Source: an uncultured Actinomycetes bacterium
GTDB taxonomy: Bacteria; Actinomycetota; UBA4738; JBBDTT01
Length of the DNA: 64,000 nucleotides
Reading direction: 5' to 3'
Assembly (NCBI GenBank): GCA_963742735.1
Contig: CAVUMN010000003.1
Coordinates: 480,001 to 544,000, forward strand
The notes under the pieces were generated by a model. It did no database searches and was not told the DNA's origin. It saw only the letters and a list, made by a program, of their open reading frames with translations. Of this stretch, positions 34,073 to 45,332 are shown one piece after another (positions within the stretch are counted from its first letter, which is position 1; the number at the start of each line of letters is the position of its first letter). A program made the translations under genes and the position numbers.

Positions 34073-35347
34073 CTAGGCGGCGGCTCGGCGCCGGCGCTTC
34101 TCGATTCCTGATCGGTCTGGTCCGCCGTTCCTGCGCCGGGCCAGCAGCAGGACGCACGCGGCGGCGCCGAGCGCCACGGTGGCGAGTCCCGAGCCGGCCA
34201 GCGTCCCTCGCGGGCCAAGCGCGGTGGTGAGCGGTCCGCCGAGCGCGGTGCCGAGCGGCGAGGCGGTGAGCAGCACCGCGCTGCGGGCCGCGAGCATCGA
34301 GGCCAGGTGCCGCGGAGGCGACGTCGTCTGCATGAGCGTCACCGAGAGCGCCACGAACGGTCCGTAGATCGCCCCGCCGAGGGTGAAGCACGCCACGGTC
34401 ACGGCCGTCGGCGCGTCGAACCCGAACGGCAGCAGGGCGAGCCCCCAGGCGACGACGATGCCGACCGTCACCGGCCAGAGCGGCAGCCGCCGCAGCGCGC
34501 CGACCGCGAGCCCGCCGAGCACCGCGCCGACTCCGAACAGCGTCCAGTAGAGGCCGAGCAGCGTGCCCGGCGCGCGCAGGTCGTCCGTCACGTGAAGGGG
34601 CAGGGCGACCTCGACCGGGCCGTAGAGGAAGTTGAAGAACCAGGTGAGCGCCAGCAGCCCGAGCAGCTCGGGATGGGTCCGCATCAACGCGAGCCCGCCG
34701 CGTGCGGCGGCCTGGTCGACCGGGTCGACGTGCCCCGATTCCGGCAGCCGGGTGCGCGCGACGAGCACGGCGAGGAACACGTAGGTGAGCGCGTCCACGC
34801 CGAGCACCAGCGCGGAGCTGACGAACGTAACCAGGACGCCGGCGATCGCGGGCCCGGCGATCATGGCGGCGTAGCCGAGCGAGCTGACGATGGTGTTCGC
34901 GGCGAGCCGCTGCTCGTCGGGCAGGAGCTCGGCCAGCAGGGTGTACTTGCCCGCGGTGCCCCACGCGTGCAGGAGCGACGAGATCCCCAGCAGCACGACG
35001 TACAGCGGCAGCGTCAGGAATCCCGCGAGCCAGGCGAGGGGCACGGCGCCGAGAACCAGGCCGCGCAGGACGTTGTCGGCGAGCAGGAGCCGCCGAGCCG
35101 GCACCCGGCGCAGACGCCGGCCGAACACCAGCGCGCCGGCGACGCCCGGCAGCGTGTACGCGGCCACCGCGCCGCCGACCCACAGCCCCACGGTGGCCGG
35201 CGGCGCGAGCTCGATGGCGAGCCACGCCACGGCGACGAAGCTCATCCCGTCGCCGAGATACGAGACCCCGAAGCCGAGGATCAGCCGCCGGAACACCCGG
35301 TTGGACAGGACCGGCCGGTAGGCGGAGGGAACGAGGCGCCGGAGCAG
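34073..35347 (-). CDS. MFS transporter (start uncertain: CTG 35347 or GTG 35296)
   Basis: About 12 hydrophobic segments; [28 protein letters not shown]. Confidence 0.85.
   Translation of the reverse strand: MLRRLVPSAYRPVLSNRVFRRLILGFGVSYLGDGMSFVAVAWLAIELAPPATVGLWVGGAVAAYTLPGVAGALVFGRRLRRVPARRLLLADNVLRGLVLGAVPLAWLAGFLTLPLYVVLLGISSLLHAWGTAGKYTLLAELLPDEQRLAANTIVSSLGYAAMIAGPAIAGVLVTFVSSALVLGVDALTYVFLAVLVARTRLPESGHVDPVDQAAARGGLALMRTHPELLGLLALTWFFNFLYGPVEVALPLHVTDDLRAPGTLLGLYWTLFGVGAVLGGLAVGALRRLPLWPVTVGIVVAWGLALLPFGFDAPTAVTVACFTLGGAIYGPFVALSVTLMQTTSPPRHLASMLAARSAVLLTASPLGTALGGPLTTALGPRGTLAGSGLATVALGAAACVLLLARRRNGGPDRSGIEKRRRRAAA
34090..34117 (-). repeat. 28-bp exact direct repeat, copy A (putative AraC activator box)
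   Basis: gccggcgcttctcgattcctgatcggtc, identical at 35785-35812. Confidence 0.85.
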
Positions 35348-35758
<411 letters not shown>

Positions 35759-35768
35759 GCCGTCAACC

Positions 35769-36212
<444 letters not shown>

Positions 36213-36245
36213 CTGCGGGATCGTGCCACGTCCCGCCGGAGGTGC

Positions 36246-36452
36246 CTAGGCAACCAGTCGACGAAGCTCGCTGCCCTCATCGGGACGGCTGACGTCCTGC
36301 AGGCCGACGAGTCCGAGGGCACTGAGGGCCTGGAGCCAGGCTCGCGTGGCCCCGTCGGCGACGATCACGTCAGCGAGCGGAACGGCCCGGCCGGAGGCGT
36401 GCAACTCCTCGGCGGCACGGCGGGCCTGTCGTAGCCATCGCTGAGTTTCCAT
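36246..36452 (-). CDS. Small hypothetical protein
   Basis: 68-aa ORF filling the gap, same strand as neighbours; no motif recognised. Confidence 0.4.
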   Translation of the reverse strand: METQRWLRQARRAAEELHASGRAVPLADVIVADGATRAWLQALSALGLVGLQDVSRPDEGSELRRLVA

Positions 36453-36503
36453 GGATGAGTCCTGCCCGCTGGGGGGCGCGCGGAAACGCCGGTGCCGAAA
36501 GGA

Positions 36504-37466
36504 TCAACAGGGCGGTCGCTGCGAGCCCGCCGCCGTTGCCTGCATCGCCATTGGCTCCTGCTCGGGTTCGGCGGGCCCGCGCTTGCGCCGGTGCCCGCTG
36601 AGCGCGCCCACGTAGGTCCCCGCGAGCACCAGGAAGGCGCTGATCCCGAACCGGATCGTGACGCGCTCGTCCAACAGCGCCGCGGAGAGCGTCACCGCGA
36701 CGATCGGCATGAGCACGAACAAGTAGGACATCCCACTGGCCGTCCACCGGTTCAGCGCGAAGACGTACAGGATGAACAGACCCACTGTCCCGAGCGTCGC
36801 GAGATAGATCATCGACGTCCATGTGGCGGTCTTCGAGGGGAGGGCGAAGGACTCGCCGGCGATCACGGAGAGCGCCACGAGCAGCACCGCGCCGATCCCG
36901 ATGGCGACCGCATTCGTCGTCACCGGGTGCGTCCCGGGGAACCGCTTGAGAACGATCCCGGCTTCCGCGCCGCACGCCGTTCCCGCGAGCAGCGCGAACA
37001 CCGACGGAAGGTGGATCGAGCCGTCCCCCGCGCCGCCGGCCAGGATGGCGATCCCCGCGACGGCGATCACGGCGCCGATCAGTCCACGCCAACGGAAGGG
37101 TTCCAGCCGTTGCACCACGGCGAAGAAGAACGTCAGCAGGGGGACCGTCGCCCCGAGGATCGCGGCGATCCCCGCCGGGAGCCGCTGGATCGCGTAGTAG
37201 GTGAGGGCGTAGAACGCGGTGAAGGACAGGACGCCGTACAGCGCGGCCCCGATCAGCGCACGGCCGCGAGGCAGGGGGAGCCGGCGCACGGCGACGATGA
37301 CGAACAGGAGCAGCGCCGCGACCAGAAACCGGCTGCCGGCGCCCCAGAACGGGTCGAGGTCCTTGACGGTGAACTTGGCCGCCACGAAGTTCGTGCCGCC
37401 CATCAATGCGACCGTCCCGAAGGCGATGAGGGTCAGGCGATCCGGGAGCGGAGCCTCGTCGGCCAT
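36504..37466 (-). CDS. EamA/DMT family transporter
   Basis: Two EamA repeats, GTNFVAAK, about 10 TM segments. Confidence 0.9.
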   Translation of the reverse strand: MADEAPLPDRLTLIAFGTVALMGGTNFVAAKFTVKDLDPFWGAGSRFLVAALLLFVIVAVRRLPLPRGRALIGAALYGVLSFTAFYALTYYAIQRLPAGIAAILGATVPLLTFFFAVVQRLEPFRWRGLIGAVIAVAGIAILAGGAGDGSIHLPSVFALLAGTACGAEAGIVLKRFPGTHPVTTNAVAIGIGAVLLVALSVIAGESFALPSKTATWTSMIYLATLGTVGLFILYVFALNRWTASGMSYLFVLMPIVAVTLSAALLDERVTIRFGISAFLVLAGTYVGALSGHRRKRGPAEPEQEPMAMQATAAGSQRPPC

Positions 37467-37549
37467 GGTCGGCACGATACCGTTTCGCCAACCGGGAGGG
37501 GACAGGCCGTCCTGTATCCTTCTGCCACCACGCGCCAGGAGGTGACGGC

Positions 37550-38473
37550 ATGCCGGTCGAGCCGGTCGACAAGGTCTGGATGGACGGGAAGCTCGTCGAC
37601 TGGGACCAGGCGCGGGTACACGTTCTGACCCACAGCCTCCACTACGGCTCCGGGGCCTTCGAGGGCATCCGCTGCTACGAGACCAAGAAGGGGCCGGCCG
37701 TCTTCCGCGGGCGCGACCACGTCGGGCGCCTGTTCCGCTCGGCGCAGATTCTGATGATCGACGTCCCGTTCACGCCCGACGAGGTGTGGGAGGGGATCCG
37801 TGAGGTCATCAAGGCGAACGGGCTGAGCTCCTGCTACATCCGCCCCCTGCTGTACCTCGGCTACGGCGAGATGGGGCTGAACCCGTTGACGGCTCCGGTC
37901 AACTTGGCGATCGCGGTCTGGAAGTGGGGCGCGTACCTGGGTGAGGAGGCGCTGGCGAGCGGTTGCCGCGTGAAGATCTCGTCGTGGAAGCGGCACGACC
38001 CGAACATCATCCCGGCTTCGGCGAAGGGCATCGGCCAGTACATCAACTCGAGCCTGGCCAAGGTCGAGGCGGTCAAGGCCGGCTACGACGAGGCGATCAT
38101 GCTCAGCCACCACGGGTTCGTGGCCGAGGGCAGCGGCGAGAACGTGTTCGTCGTGAAGGACGGAGTCATCCTCACGCCGCCGCTGGAGTCCGGCATCCTC
38201 GAGGGCTTCACCCGCGACAGCGCGATCCAGATCGCGCGCGACCGCGGGTACGAGGTGATCGAGCGGAACCTGCTCCGCTCGGATCTGTACACCTGCGACG
38301 AGGCGTTCTTCACCGGGACCGCGGCGGAGATCACCCCCATCCGCGAGGTGGACGACCGCGCGGTGGGCGCCGCCGGGCGGGGGCCGATCACGAAGGACAT
38401 CCAGGAGACGTTCTTCGGCGCGGTGCGCGGGGAGATCCACGAGTACGAGCGCTGGCTCGACCTGGTCGGCTAG
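37550..38473 (+). CDS. ilvE: Branched-chain amino acid aminotransferase
   Basis: LHYGSGAFEGIRCY, YIRP, EGSGENVF, ILEGFTR, GTAAEITP. Confidence 0.95.
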   Translation: MPVEPVDKVWMDGKLVDWDQARVHVLTHSLHYGSGAFEGIRCYETKKGPAVFRGRDHVGRLFRSAQILMIDVPFTPDEVWEGIREVIKANGLSSCYIRPLLYLGYGEMGLNPLTAPVNLAIAVWKWGAYLGEEALASGCRVKISSWKRHDPNIIPASAKGIGQYINSSLAKVEAVKAGYDEAIMLSHHGFVAEGSGENVFVVKDGVILTPPLESGILEGFTRDSAIQIARDRGYEVIERNLLRSDLYTCDEAFFTGTAAEITPIREVDDRAVGAAGRGPITKDIQETFFGAVRGEIHEYERWLDLVG

Positions 38474-38490
38474 CGCGCCCCGGCGTTCAC

Positions 38491-40686
38491 CTAGTAGTGC
38501 CGGACGCAGTCCGTCTCGCTCGTCTGGTCGCAGATCGCCGGCTCGACCTCCATGTGGATGACGGCGGCGTTGCGCCAGGCGTGCCACTCCTCGCACGCCG
38601 CCCCGCCCTCGGGTGAGGTGGCCGGGTCCAGGCCGAGCATCTCCCACACGGTGCAGGCGTAGGCCGGCGCGAGCATCGACCCGGCCGAGTTCGTCTCCTG
38701 GTAGTGGGAGCGGAAGTGGGCCTCGGGGAACGCGAGGTCGGGCGGGAGCTCCGAACAGGGATCGATCGCCTCGTCCAGGCCGATGACCCCATGGAGCGCG
38801 CCCAGTCCCACGCCGTGCGCCGGCGGCGCCGCAAACCAGGAGAAGTCGTAGCCCGGGACGATGTAGCCGAGCAGGTCCGGCGTGTAGCCGAGCAAGAAGA
38901 CGCGCGGCGTCTTGAACTTCCGCGCCGCGGCCAGGCGTACCCCGGGCTCGAACGGGCGGCCCGTATGCGCGCCCGGCTCGCCCTCGTACGAGAACGGCCG
39001 GCGGGCACAGGCGAGCGCCGCCGGGTTCGGTCGTGCGTAGTCGAAGTGGTTCTTGCGTCCGGTGGCCAGCCCGCGGTGGTGGTCGCGCAGGCCCCAGAAC
39101 AGCTCGGGGGCGAGCTCGCCCGGCGCGGTGACGAACGAGGCGCGTCCCAGCCGCCACGCGAAGAGCTCCGTCCGGGCGTCGACGCCGCCCAGGCCGCCGC
39201 GGAAGATGCCGGCGGCGGCCAGAGCCTCCTGCGCCACGTTCATCCCCGCGATGTAGGCCGGCTTGTCGATGACGCCGGCGAGCGAGAGCGCCGTCAGGCC
39301 CTGGTTGTTCACCGGGACGAAGAGCACCCGGTGGGTGAAGTCCGCGATCGAGGTCGCCGAGCGGTCGACGGGAACGCCTCGGAGGGCGGCGACGGCCGCG
39401 TTGCCGAACACCCGGCCGATCGCGTAGGTGCGCCGCCGCGGGCCGAGTGGGTCCGCCTCCATCCGCTGGAACACGAGGGGCTCTCCGCCCTCGTCGACGG
39501 GAAAGCGCTGGCCGTCGAACCGATCCCGCTGCCAGCGCCGCAGGCACGAGTCGCCGATGATCTCCACCACGCCCTGGGCGCCGTTCATGAACAGGGCGAT
39601 CCCTCCGAACGCCGCCTCCACGGTCAGCCGGGTGCTGTTCGCGTAGTCGGAGGAGACGTAGTAGTTGTCGTCCTCGAGGGACTCCACGTGGGTCCCCCAG
39701 TTGACGATGGTGGCGATGGTCCGTCCCCGTGTGTCCCGGAACTGGGCGGTCCGCATCTCGTCGTCGAAGATCCACGGCGTCCGGCAGCTGTTGCGGGTCT
39801 GCATGCCGGCGAGGTCCTCCAGGTTGCCGGCGAGCGTCCGGAACTTCTTGCCCGGCAGGATCGAGCCGTGGCGGAACGTGGCCGGCCGCGCCACGCGGGC
39901 CGCGTCGACCAGGGCCAGTGCGATCTTGACCTCGACGTACCGCTCGTACTTCGGGTACGTCCCATCGATGGGGGTGTCCGGACCCCACAGCCCGACCATG
40001 TCCGGCGCCTCGTGGTTGTGCGTGTGCGAGACGATCAGGTGGTCGAGCTCCAGGCCGGGGTCCATGGCGCGGGCCAGACCCAGGATGCGCTCGTTCCAGT
40101 CGCTGAAGTAGCCGATGAAGTCGATCGTCACGTGGGCGTAGGCGAAGCCCGAGGCCCGGTCGCGGACGTACAGCGCCCGCGCCCACAGCGGATCGAACGC
40201 CCCGATCGCCGCCCTCCCCGAGCCGAACCCGGCGAGATAGACCCCGTCCCATTTCCCGGCGGAGTCCGGGTCGATCCGCGTGTTGACCGGGTCGTCGACG
40301 TGCGGCTCGCCCAGGTCGTACCGGCCGTTCCCGTTCTGGTCCGTGAACGCCTCGCCCCACACGCCGGTTGGAAGGATCTGACCGGAGCTCGAGAACCCCA
40401 GCTCCGGCTCGACGGTGTCCCACAGGCCGCCGGGCTCGCCGTCGGGGTTCGAAGCGCCGCGGCCGGACAGGGGGCTCACCGCGTCGGTGACGCCGGGGAT
40501 CACCGAGAACGGCGTGATGTTGTGCTTCGCGGCTCCGGCCACCAGGCCTCGGGTCTGGGCCCGGACGACCGGCGGGCTGGCCAGGCCGGCGTCCGGAAGC
40601 AGCGCCGCCACCAGGGTTGCCAGCGCGGCCAGCGTCAGGGCGCGACGACGTGTCACATGCTGGGACTTCGGCCGCGGGGCCCTCAT
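38491..40686 (-). CDS. Tat-exported neutral/alkaline ceramidase-like metallohydrolase
   Basis: TRRRAL twin-arginine signal; LAGFG, DPLWARAL, SHTHNHEAPD, HVE, SSDY, GAQG, APGE, NHYQET-like SHYQET. Confidence 0.7.
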   Translation of the reverse strand: MRAPRPKSQHVTRRRALTLAALATLVAALLPDAGLASPPVVRAQTRGLVAGAAKHNITPFSVIPGVTDAVSPLSGRGASNPDGEPGGLWDTVEPELGFSSSGQILPTGVWGEAFTDQNGNGRYDLGEPHVDDPVNTRIDPDSAGKWDGVYLAGFGSGRAAIGAFDPLWARALYVRDRASGFAYAHVTIDFIGYFSDWNERILGLARAMDPGLELDHLIVSHTHNHEAPDMVGLWGPDTPIDGTYPKYERYVEVKIALALVDAARVARPATFRHGSILPGKKFRTLAGNLEDLAGMQTRNSCRTPWIFDDEMRTAQFRDTRGRTIATIVNWGTHVESLEDDNYYVSSDYANSTRLTVEAAFGGIALFMNGAQGVVEIIGDSCLRRWQRDRFDGQRFPVDEGGEPLVFQRMEADPLGPRRRTYAIGRVFGNAAVAALRGVPVDRSATSIADFTHRVLFVPVNNQGLTALSLAGVIDKPAYIAGMNVAQEALAAAGIFRGGLGGVDARTELFAWRLGRASFVTAPGELAPELFWGLRDHHRGLATGRKNHFDYARPNPAALACARRPFSYEGEPGAHTGRPFEPGVRLAAARKFKTPRVFLLGYTPDLLGYIVPGYDFSWFAAPPAHGVGLGALHGVIGLDEAIDPCSELPPDLAFPEAHFRSHYQETNSAGSMLAPAYACTVWEMLGLDPATSPEGGAACEEWHAWRNAAVIHMEVEPAICDQTSETDCVRHY

Positions 40687-41570
40687 TCCCTGCCGAGCAC
40701 GCGCTCCAGGACCTCGCCCGCCACCCGTTCGGGCGCCTCCAGGGTGGGCCAGTGCCCGACGTCGGGCCAGGTGAGGACCTCGGTGGCCGGGCGGAGCTCC
40801 CCGAGGCGCCGGGTCATGGCCACCACGGCGATGGGGTCCTGTTCGCCCCACAGGAGCGTCATCGGCCCGGGGTACTCGACGAGCCCGGCGGTCCACCGCT
40901 CCTGGTTCGCCCGACGCTCCTCGATGTAGCGGATGAGCCGGGGGAGGAGGCGGGCGCCGTCGGAGCGGCGGACCATCTCGACGATCCCGTCCAGGTCCTC
41001 CTCCGACGCCGGGAAGTCGGCGCCGAAGGTAGCGGCGAGTCCGGGCCGGAACATCTCCATCGGGGGCTCCTCGGGAAGGATCTCGTCGGGCATCGAGAGC
41101 AGGGCGAGCTGGCCGGGTGACAGTTGGGCGAGGTCGATGAAGATCGAGCCGTTGAGCAGGATGGCGCGTTCGGGCTCGAACCGCAGCCCGCCCTCCACCG
41201 ATCGCATGAGCAGCTCCGCGCACACGGTGTCGCCCATGTCGTGGGCCACGAGCGTGCACCGCTCGATGCCGAGCGTCGCGATCAGGCCTTCGGCCACGTC
41301 GGCCTGCTCGAACAGGGAGTACCGCGCGTCCGGCGGTTTGCCGGAGAGTCCGTAGCCGGGGAAGTCGAAGGCCACCACCCGGGCGTGCTCGGCGAGTGCC
41401 GGCACGACCGAGCGCCAGTCGAACGACGACGAGGGGAACCCGTGGAGGAACACGATCGCCGGCCCGCCGGACTCCCGTCCGGCCTCGACGACGAAGAGGC
41501 GTTGCCCGCCGGCCTCGGCGAGGCGACCCCTCCGCTCCCAGTCGGTGATGGCCTCGTCGGCAGCGCTCAC
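40683..41570 (-). CDS. Alpha/beta hydrolase (MEST/epoxide hydrolase-like)
   Basis: LHGFPSSSFDW, AHDMG nucleophile Asp, VGHWP. Confidence 0.9.
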   Translation of the reverse strand: MSAADEAITDWERRGRLAEAGGQRLFVVEAGRESGGPAIVFLHGFPSSSFDWRSVVPALAEHARVVAFDFPGYGLSGKPPDARYSLFEQADVAEGLIATLGIERCTLVAHDMGDTVCAELLMRSVEGGLRFEPERAILLNGSIFIDLAQLSPGQLALLSMPDEILPEEPPMEMFRPGLAATFGADFPASEEDLDGIVEMVRRSDGARLLPRLIRYIEERRANQERWTAGLVEYPGPMTLLWGEQDPIAVVAMTRRLGELRPATEVLTWPDVGHWPTLEAPERVAGEVLERVLGRE

Positions 41571-41603
41571 GGGCGAATCGTAGCCGCCCGGTATCCTCGA
41601 ACG

Positions 41604-42368
41604 ATGCGGCTGGTGCGGTTCCGGCACGGGGACACGATCGCGAACGGGTTCGCGGAGGACGAGCACGTCCATCCGCTCCGGGGAACCTTCTTCGAGGACC
41701 CCTTGCCGACCGGCGAGCAGATCCCGCTCGACGAGGTGCGCCTGCTCGCGCCGGTGCTGCCCTCCAAGGTGCTCGCGGTCGGCAAGAACTACGCCGAGCA
41801 CGCCGAGGAGTTCGGCGGCGACGTACCCGAGGAGCCGTTGCTGTTCATGAAGCCCTCAACGGCCGTGATCGGTCACCGCGACCCCATCCCGCTTCCGCCG
41901 CTGTCCGAGCGCGTGGACCACGAGGGGGAGCTCGCCGTGGTCATCGGGCGGTTCGCGCGCCACGTGACGATCGAGGAGGCGCGCAAGTACGTGCTCGGCT
42001 ACACGTGCGCGAACGACGTGACCGCCCGCGACCTGCAGGCGCGCGACGGCCAGTGGACTCGGGCCAAGGGATTCGACGGGTTCTGCCCGCTGGGGCCGTG
42101 GATCGAGACCGAGACCGACCCGATGGACCTGGCGATCGAGTGCCGCGTCAACGGCGACGTTCGGCAGAACGCGCGGACGTCCCAGCTCGCGTTCGGACCC
42201 GCCGAGCTCATCGCCTACATCACGGCGGTGATGACGCTGCTCCCGGGCGACGTGATCCTGACCGGCACGCCGGCCGGCGTGGGACCGCTGGCGCCGGGCG
42301 ACGTCGTCGAGGTCGAGATCGAGACGATCGGGACCCTCGAGAACACCGCGGTGGCGGCCGATGGCTGA
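41604..42368 (+). CDS. Fumarylacetoacetate hydrolase family protein
   Basis: GKNYAEH, DHEGEL, NDVTARD, LLPGDVILTGTP. Confidence 0.93.
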   Translation: MRLVRFRHGDTIANGFAEDEHVHPLRGTFFEDPLPTGEQIPLDEVRLLAPVLPSKVLAVGKNYAEHAEEFGGDVPEEPLLFMKPSTAVIGHRDPIPLPPLSERVDHEGELAVVIGRFARHVTIEEARKYVLGYTCANDVTARDLQARDGQWTRAKGFDGFCPLGPWIETETDPMDLAIECRVNGDVRQNARTSQLAFGPAELIAYITAVMTLLPGDVILTGTPAGVGPLAPGDVVEVEIETIGTLENTAVAADG

Positions 42369-43791
42369 CGTGCGGTGCCGGATCGCTCCGGCGCCGACGG
42401 GCTCGCTGCACGTCGGGAACGCCCGCACGGCGCTATTCAACTATCTGTTCGCCCGCCACAACGGCGGGTCGTTCGTCCTTCGCATCGAGGACACCGATCG
42501 GGCCCGCAGCACCGACGAGGCGATCCAGGTGGTCTTCGACTCGCTGCACTGGCTGGGGATCCAGTGGGACGAGGGCCCTGACGTGGGCGGTCCGTACGGG
42601 CCGTATCGCCAGTCCGAGAAGCTCGCGCGCTACACGGAGGTCACCGAGCGCTTCCTGGCCGAGGGCCACGCCTACCGCTGCTACGACACGCCCGAGGAGC
42701 TCGACGAGCGACGCAAGGCCGCTCTGGCGGCGGGCGGCTCGCCCGGCTACGACGGGCGGTGCCGCTCGCTCACGGACGCGGAGCGCGCCGCGTTCGAGGC
42801 CGAGGGGCGGACGCCGGCGATCCGCTTCGCGATGCCGGGGGAGGAGCAGGTCGTGCACGATCTGATCCGGGGCGAGGCCCGCTTCCCCGCGAAGGACCTC
42901 AGGGACTTCGTCATCGTTCGCAGCGACGGCTCGCCCACGTACATGCTCGCCGCCGCGGTCGACGACGCGGACATGGCGATGACCCACGTGATCCGCGGCG
43001 AGGACCTCCTCCCGTCCACTCCCCGCCAGCTGGCGATCTTCAAGGTCCTGGGCGTCGAGCCGCCCGCGTACGCGCACCTTCCCCTGATCGTGGGGGCCGA
43101 CCGCCAGCCGCTGTCGAAGCGTCACGGCTCGGTGGCGGTGGAGACGTTCCGCCAGGAGGGGTTTCTCCCCGATGCCATGGTGAACTACCTGGCCCTCCTC
43201 GGCTGGTCCTACGACGAGGACACCACGTTCTTCACCCGCGACGAGCTCGTCGAGCGCTTCGACCTGCCCCGGGTCTCCCACAACCCCGCCGCGTTCGACC
43301 GGGAGAAGCTCCTGTGGCTGAACGGGCACTACATCCGCGAGACGCCCGACGACGCCCTGTCGGCGATGTTCGTCGAGTGGCTGCGCACGGCCGGGGTGGA
43401 TGCCGACCAGGCGACCGTCCGGGCGGCGGTGCCGTTGGTGAAGGAGCGGATCAAGACCCTGGCCGAGGTTCCGGAGATGCTGGCCTTCCTGTTCACCGAC
43501 GTGGAGCCGGACGAGAAGGCGCGCGGGTTCCTGGGTCAGGAGCGGGTCGAGCACTTGCGCGAGGTCGCCTCGCGACTGGAGGCCGTCGAGGAGTGGAACC
43601 ACGACGAGCTCAAACGGATCCTGGATGAGCTGCGGGAGGAGCGTGGCCTCAACGCGAAGCAGGGTCTGCACCCCATCCGGGCCGCGATCACCGGCCGGCT
43701 CGTGTCGCCCCCGCTGTACGAGTCGATGGAGCTCCTGGGCCGTGAACGGTCCCTCGAACGGCTCCGTCGCGCGGCCGGCGTGAGCCCGTAG
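42361..43791 (+). CDS. gltX: Glutamate--tRNA ligase
   Basis: APAPTGSLHVGN (HIGH), RIEDTD, HVIRGED, LSKR (KMSKS). Confidence 0.96.
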   Translation: MADVRCRIAPAPTGSLHVGNARTALFNYLFARHNGGSFVLRIEDTDRARSTDEAIQVVFDSLHWLGIQWDEGPDVGGPYGPYRQSEKLARYTEVTERFLAEGHAYRCYDTPEELDERRKAALAAGGSPGYDGRCRSLTDAERAAFEAEGRTPAIRFAMPGEEQVVHDLIRGEARFPAKDLRDFVIVRSDGSPTYMLAAAVDDADMAMTHVIRGEDLLPSTPRQLAIFKVLGVEPPAYAHLPLIVGADRQPLSKRHGSVAVETFRQEGFLPDAMVNYLALLGWSYDEDTTFFTRDELVERFDLPRVSHNPAAFDREKLLWLNGHYIRETPDDALSAMFVEWLRTAGVDADQATVRAAVPLVKERIKTLAEVPEMLAFLFTDVEPDEKARGFLGQERVEHLREVASRLEAVEEWNHDELKRILDELREERGLNAKQGLHPIRAAITGRLVSPPLYESMELLGRERSLERLRRAAGVSP

Positions 43792-43816
43792 GACGCGTGG
43801 TAGGTTCCTGAGCCCG

Positions 43817-44467
43817 ATGGCCAAGAAGACCAAGAAGCGGGGACAGACGCCGGCACGCACGGTTCGGCTCGAGGCACGTGGACGCGCCGGACAGATCAGG
43901 CCGACCAACGAGCGCGCGAAGAAGAAGCGGCGCGCGAACCGCATCACCGCCGGCATCATCACCGTGCTGCTGGCCGGGGCCGGAACGGCGATCACGCTGC
44001 AGATCGTCGGCTCGAGCCGGCCGGAGGGTCCTCCCAGCGGCGTGCGGACGTTCGAGGTCACCGGCCGCGACCACGTGGAGGGGCTCGTCGATTACCCCCA
44101 GACCCCTCCGGTCGGCGGCAACCACAACTCGGTGTGGCAGAACTGCGGGTTCTACGGGGGCTCGATTGCCTCGGAGAACGCCGTGCACTCCTTGGAGCAC
44201 GGCGCGGTGTGGATCACGTTCGCGCCCGACCTTCCGTCCGGCCAGGTCTCCGAGCTGCGGGACCTGGCCGGGAACCGGACCTACGTGCTGGTCAGCCAGT
44301 TCGACGACCTTCCCTCGCCGGTGGTCGCCTCCGCGTGGGGCGTTCAGCTCCGCCTCGAGTCGGTGGACGACCCGAGGCTGGAGCAGTTCGTCGACTACTA
44401 CCGCCAGGGACCCCAGACTCCCGAGCCGGGCGCGACCTGCTCCGGCGGGACCGGAACGCCCAGCTGA
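43817..44467 (+). CDS. DUF3105 membrane-anchored protein
   Basis: PPVGGNH, NCGFY, VHSLEHGAVWITF, SAWG, PEPGATC. Confidence 0.85.
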   Translation: MAKKTKKRGQTPARTVRLEARGRAGQIRPTNERAKKKRRANRITAGIITVLLAGAGTAITLQIVGSSRPEGPPSGVRTFEVTGRDHVEGLVDYPQTPPVGGNHNSVWQNCGFYGGSIASENAVHSLEHGAVWITFAPDLPSGQVSELRDLAGNRTYVLVSQFDDLPSPVVASAWGVQLRLESVDDPRLEQFVDYYRQGPQTPEPGATCSGGTGTPS

Positions 44468-44471
44468 CGTC

Positions 44472-45332
44472 ATGGACCCGCCCGGTCGGTGGGCTGCGCG
44501 ACCGGGCACCGTTGCGTCCGGCCGTTGGCGCCACCTCCCGGCCATCCTGGTGGCGGCCGCGTTCGTGTTCCCCCTGTGGTTCATGCTGTCCGGCTCGGTG
44601 CGCCCGGCGGGCCTGCCGCCGCCACGCGTCCCCGAGCTCCTCCCGTGGCCGCTCGCGTTCGGCAACTACGGGCGCGCCGTCGAGCTGGTCGACCTTCCAC
44701 GGTACGCGCTGAACTCGCTGATCGTGGTCGGCCTGGCCGTGCCCCTGACCGCGCTGTTCGCGTCCTGGGCCGGCTTCGCGCTGTCGCAGCTCCCGCGCAG
44801 GACCGCGGGAGTGATGGTCGGGCTCTCCCTGGTCGCGCTGATGGTCCCGGTCACCGCCCTGCTCGTCAGCCGGTTCGCGTTGTTCCGCATCCTCAACCTG
44901 ACCGACACGTTCGTCCCGCTGGTGGCGCCGTCGCTCATGGGGACCTCGCCGTTCTACGTGCTGCTGTTCTACTGGTCGTTCAGGCGGGTCCCGAACGAGC
45001 TGTTCGAGGCGTCACGGCTCGCCGGCCTCGGCCCGTTCCGCACGTGGTGGCAGGTGGCGATGCCCCTGGTGCGTCCGGTGACCGTCGCGGTGGCCGTCCT
45101 GGCCTTCGTCTTCACGTGGAGCAACTTCATCGACCCGCTCATCTACCTGTTCGACGCGCGGAAGTTCACGCTCCCCCTCGGCCTTCGCTCGCTCGCCCAG
45201 CTGGACGCCCAGAACTTCCCCCTCGTGCTGGCGGGCTCGGTCATGGCGACGGCGCCCGTGGTGGCCGCGTTCGTGTTCGTCCAGCGGTACTTCCTGCAGC
45301 GGCACCGGGACGCGGGATGGCTGGGCCGATGA
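44472..45332 (+). CDS. Carbohydrate ABC transporter permease (MalG-like)
   Basis: NSL, PNELFEASRLAG EAA loop, WSNFIDP. Confidence 0.88.
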   Translation: MDPPGRWAARPGTVASGRWRHLPAILVAAAFVFPLWFMLSGSVRPAGLPPPRVPELLPWPLAFGNYGRAVELVDLPRYALNSLIVVGLAVPLTALFASWAGFALSQLPRRTAGVMVGLSLVALMVPVTALLVSRFALFRILNLTDTFVPLVAPSLMGTSPFYVLLFYWSFRRVPNELFEASRLAGLGPFRTWWQVAMPLVRPVTVAVAVLAFVFTWSNFIDPLIYLFDARKFTLPLGLRSLAQLDAQNFPLVLAGSVMATAPVVAAFVFVQRYFLQRHRDAGWLGR

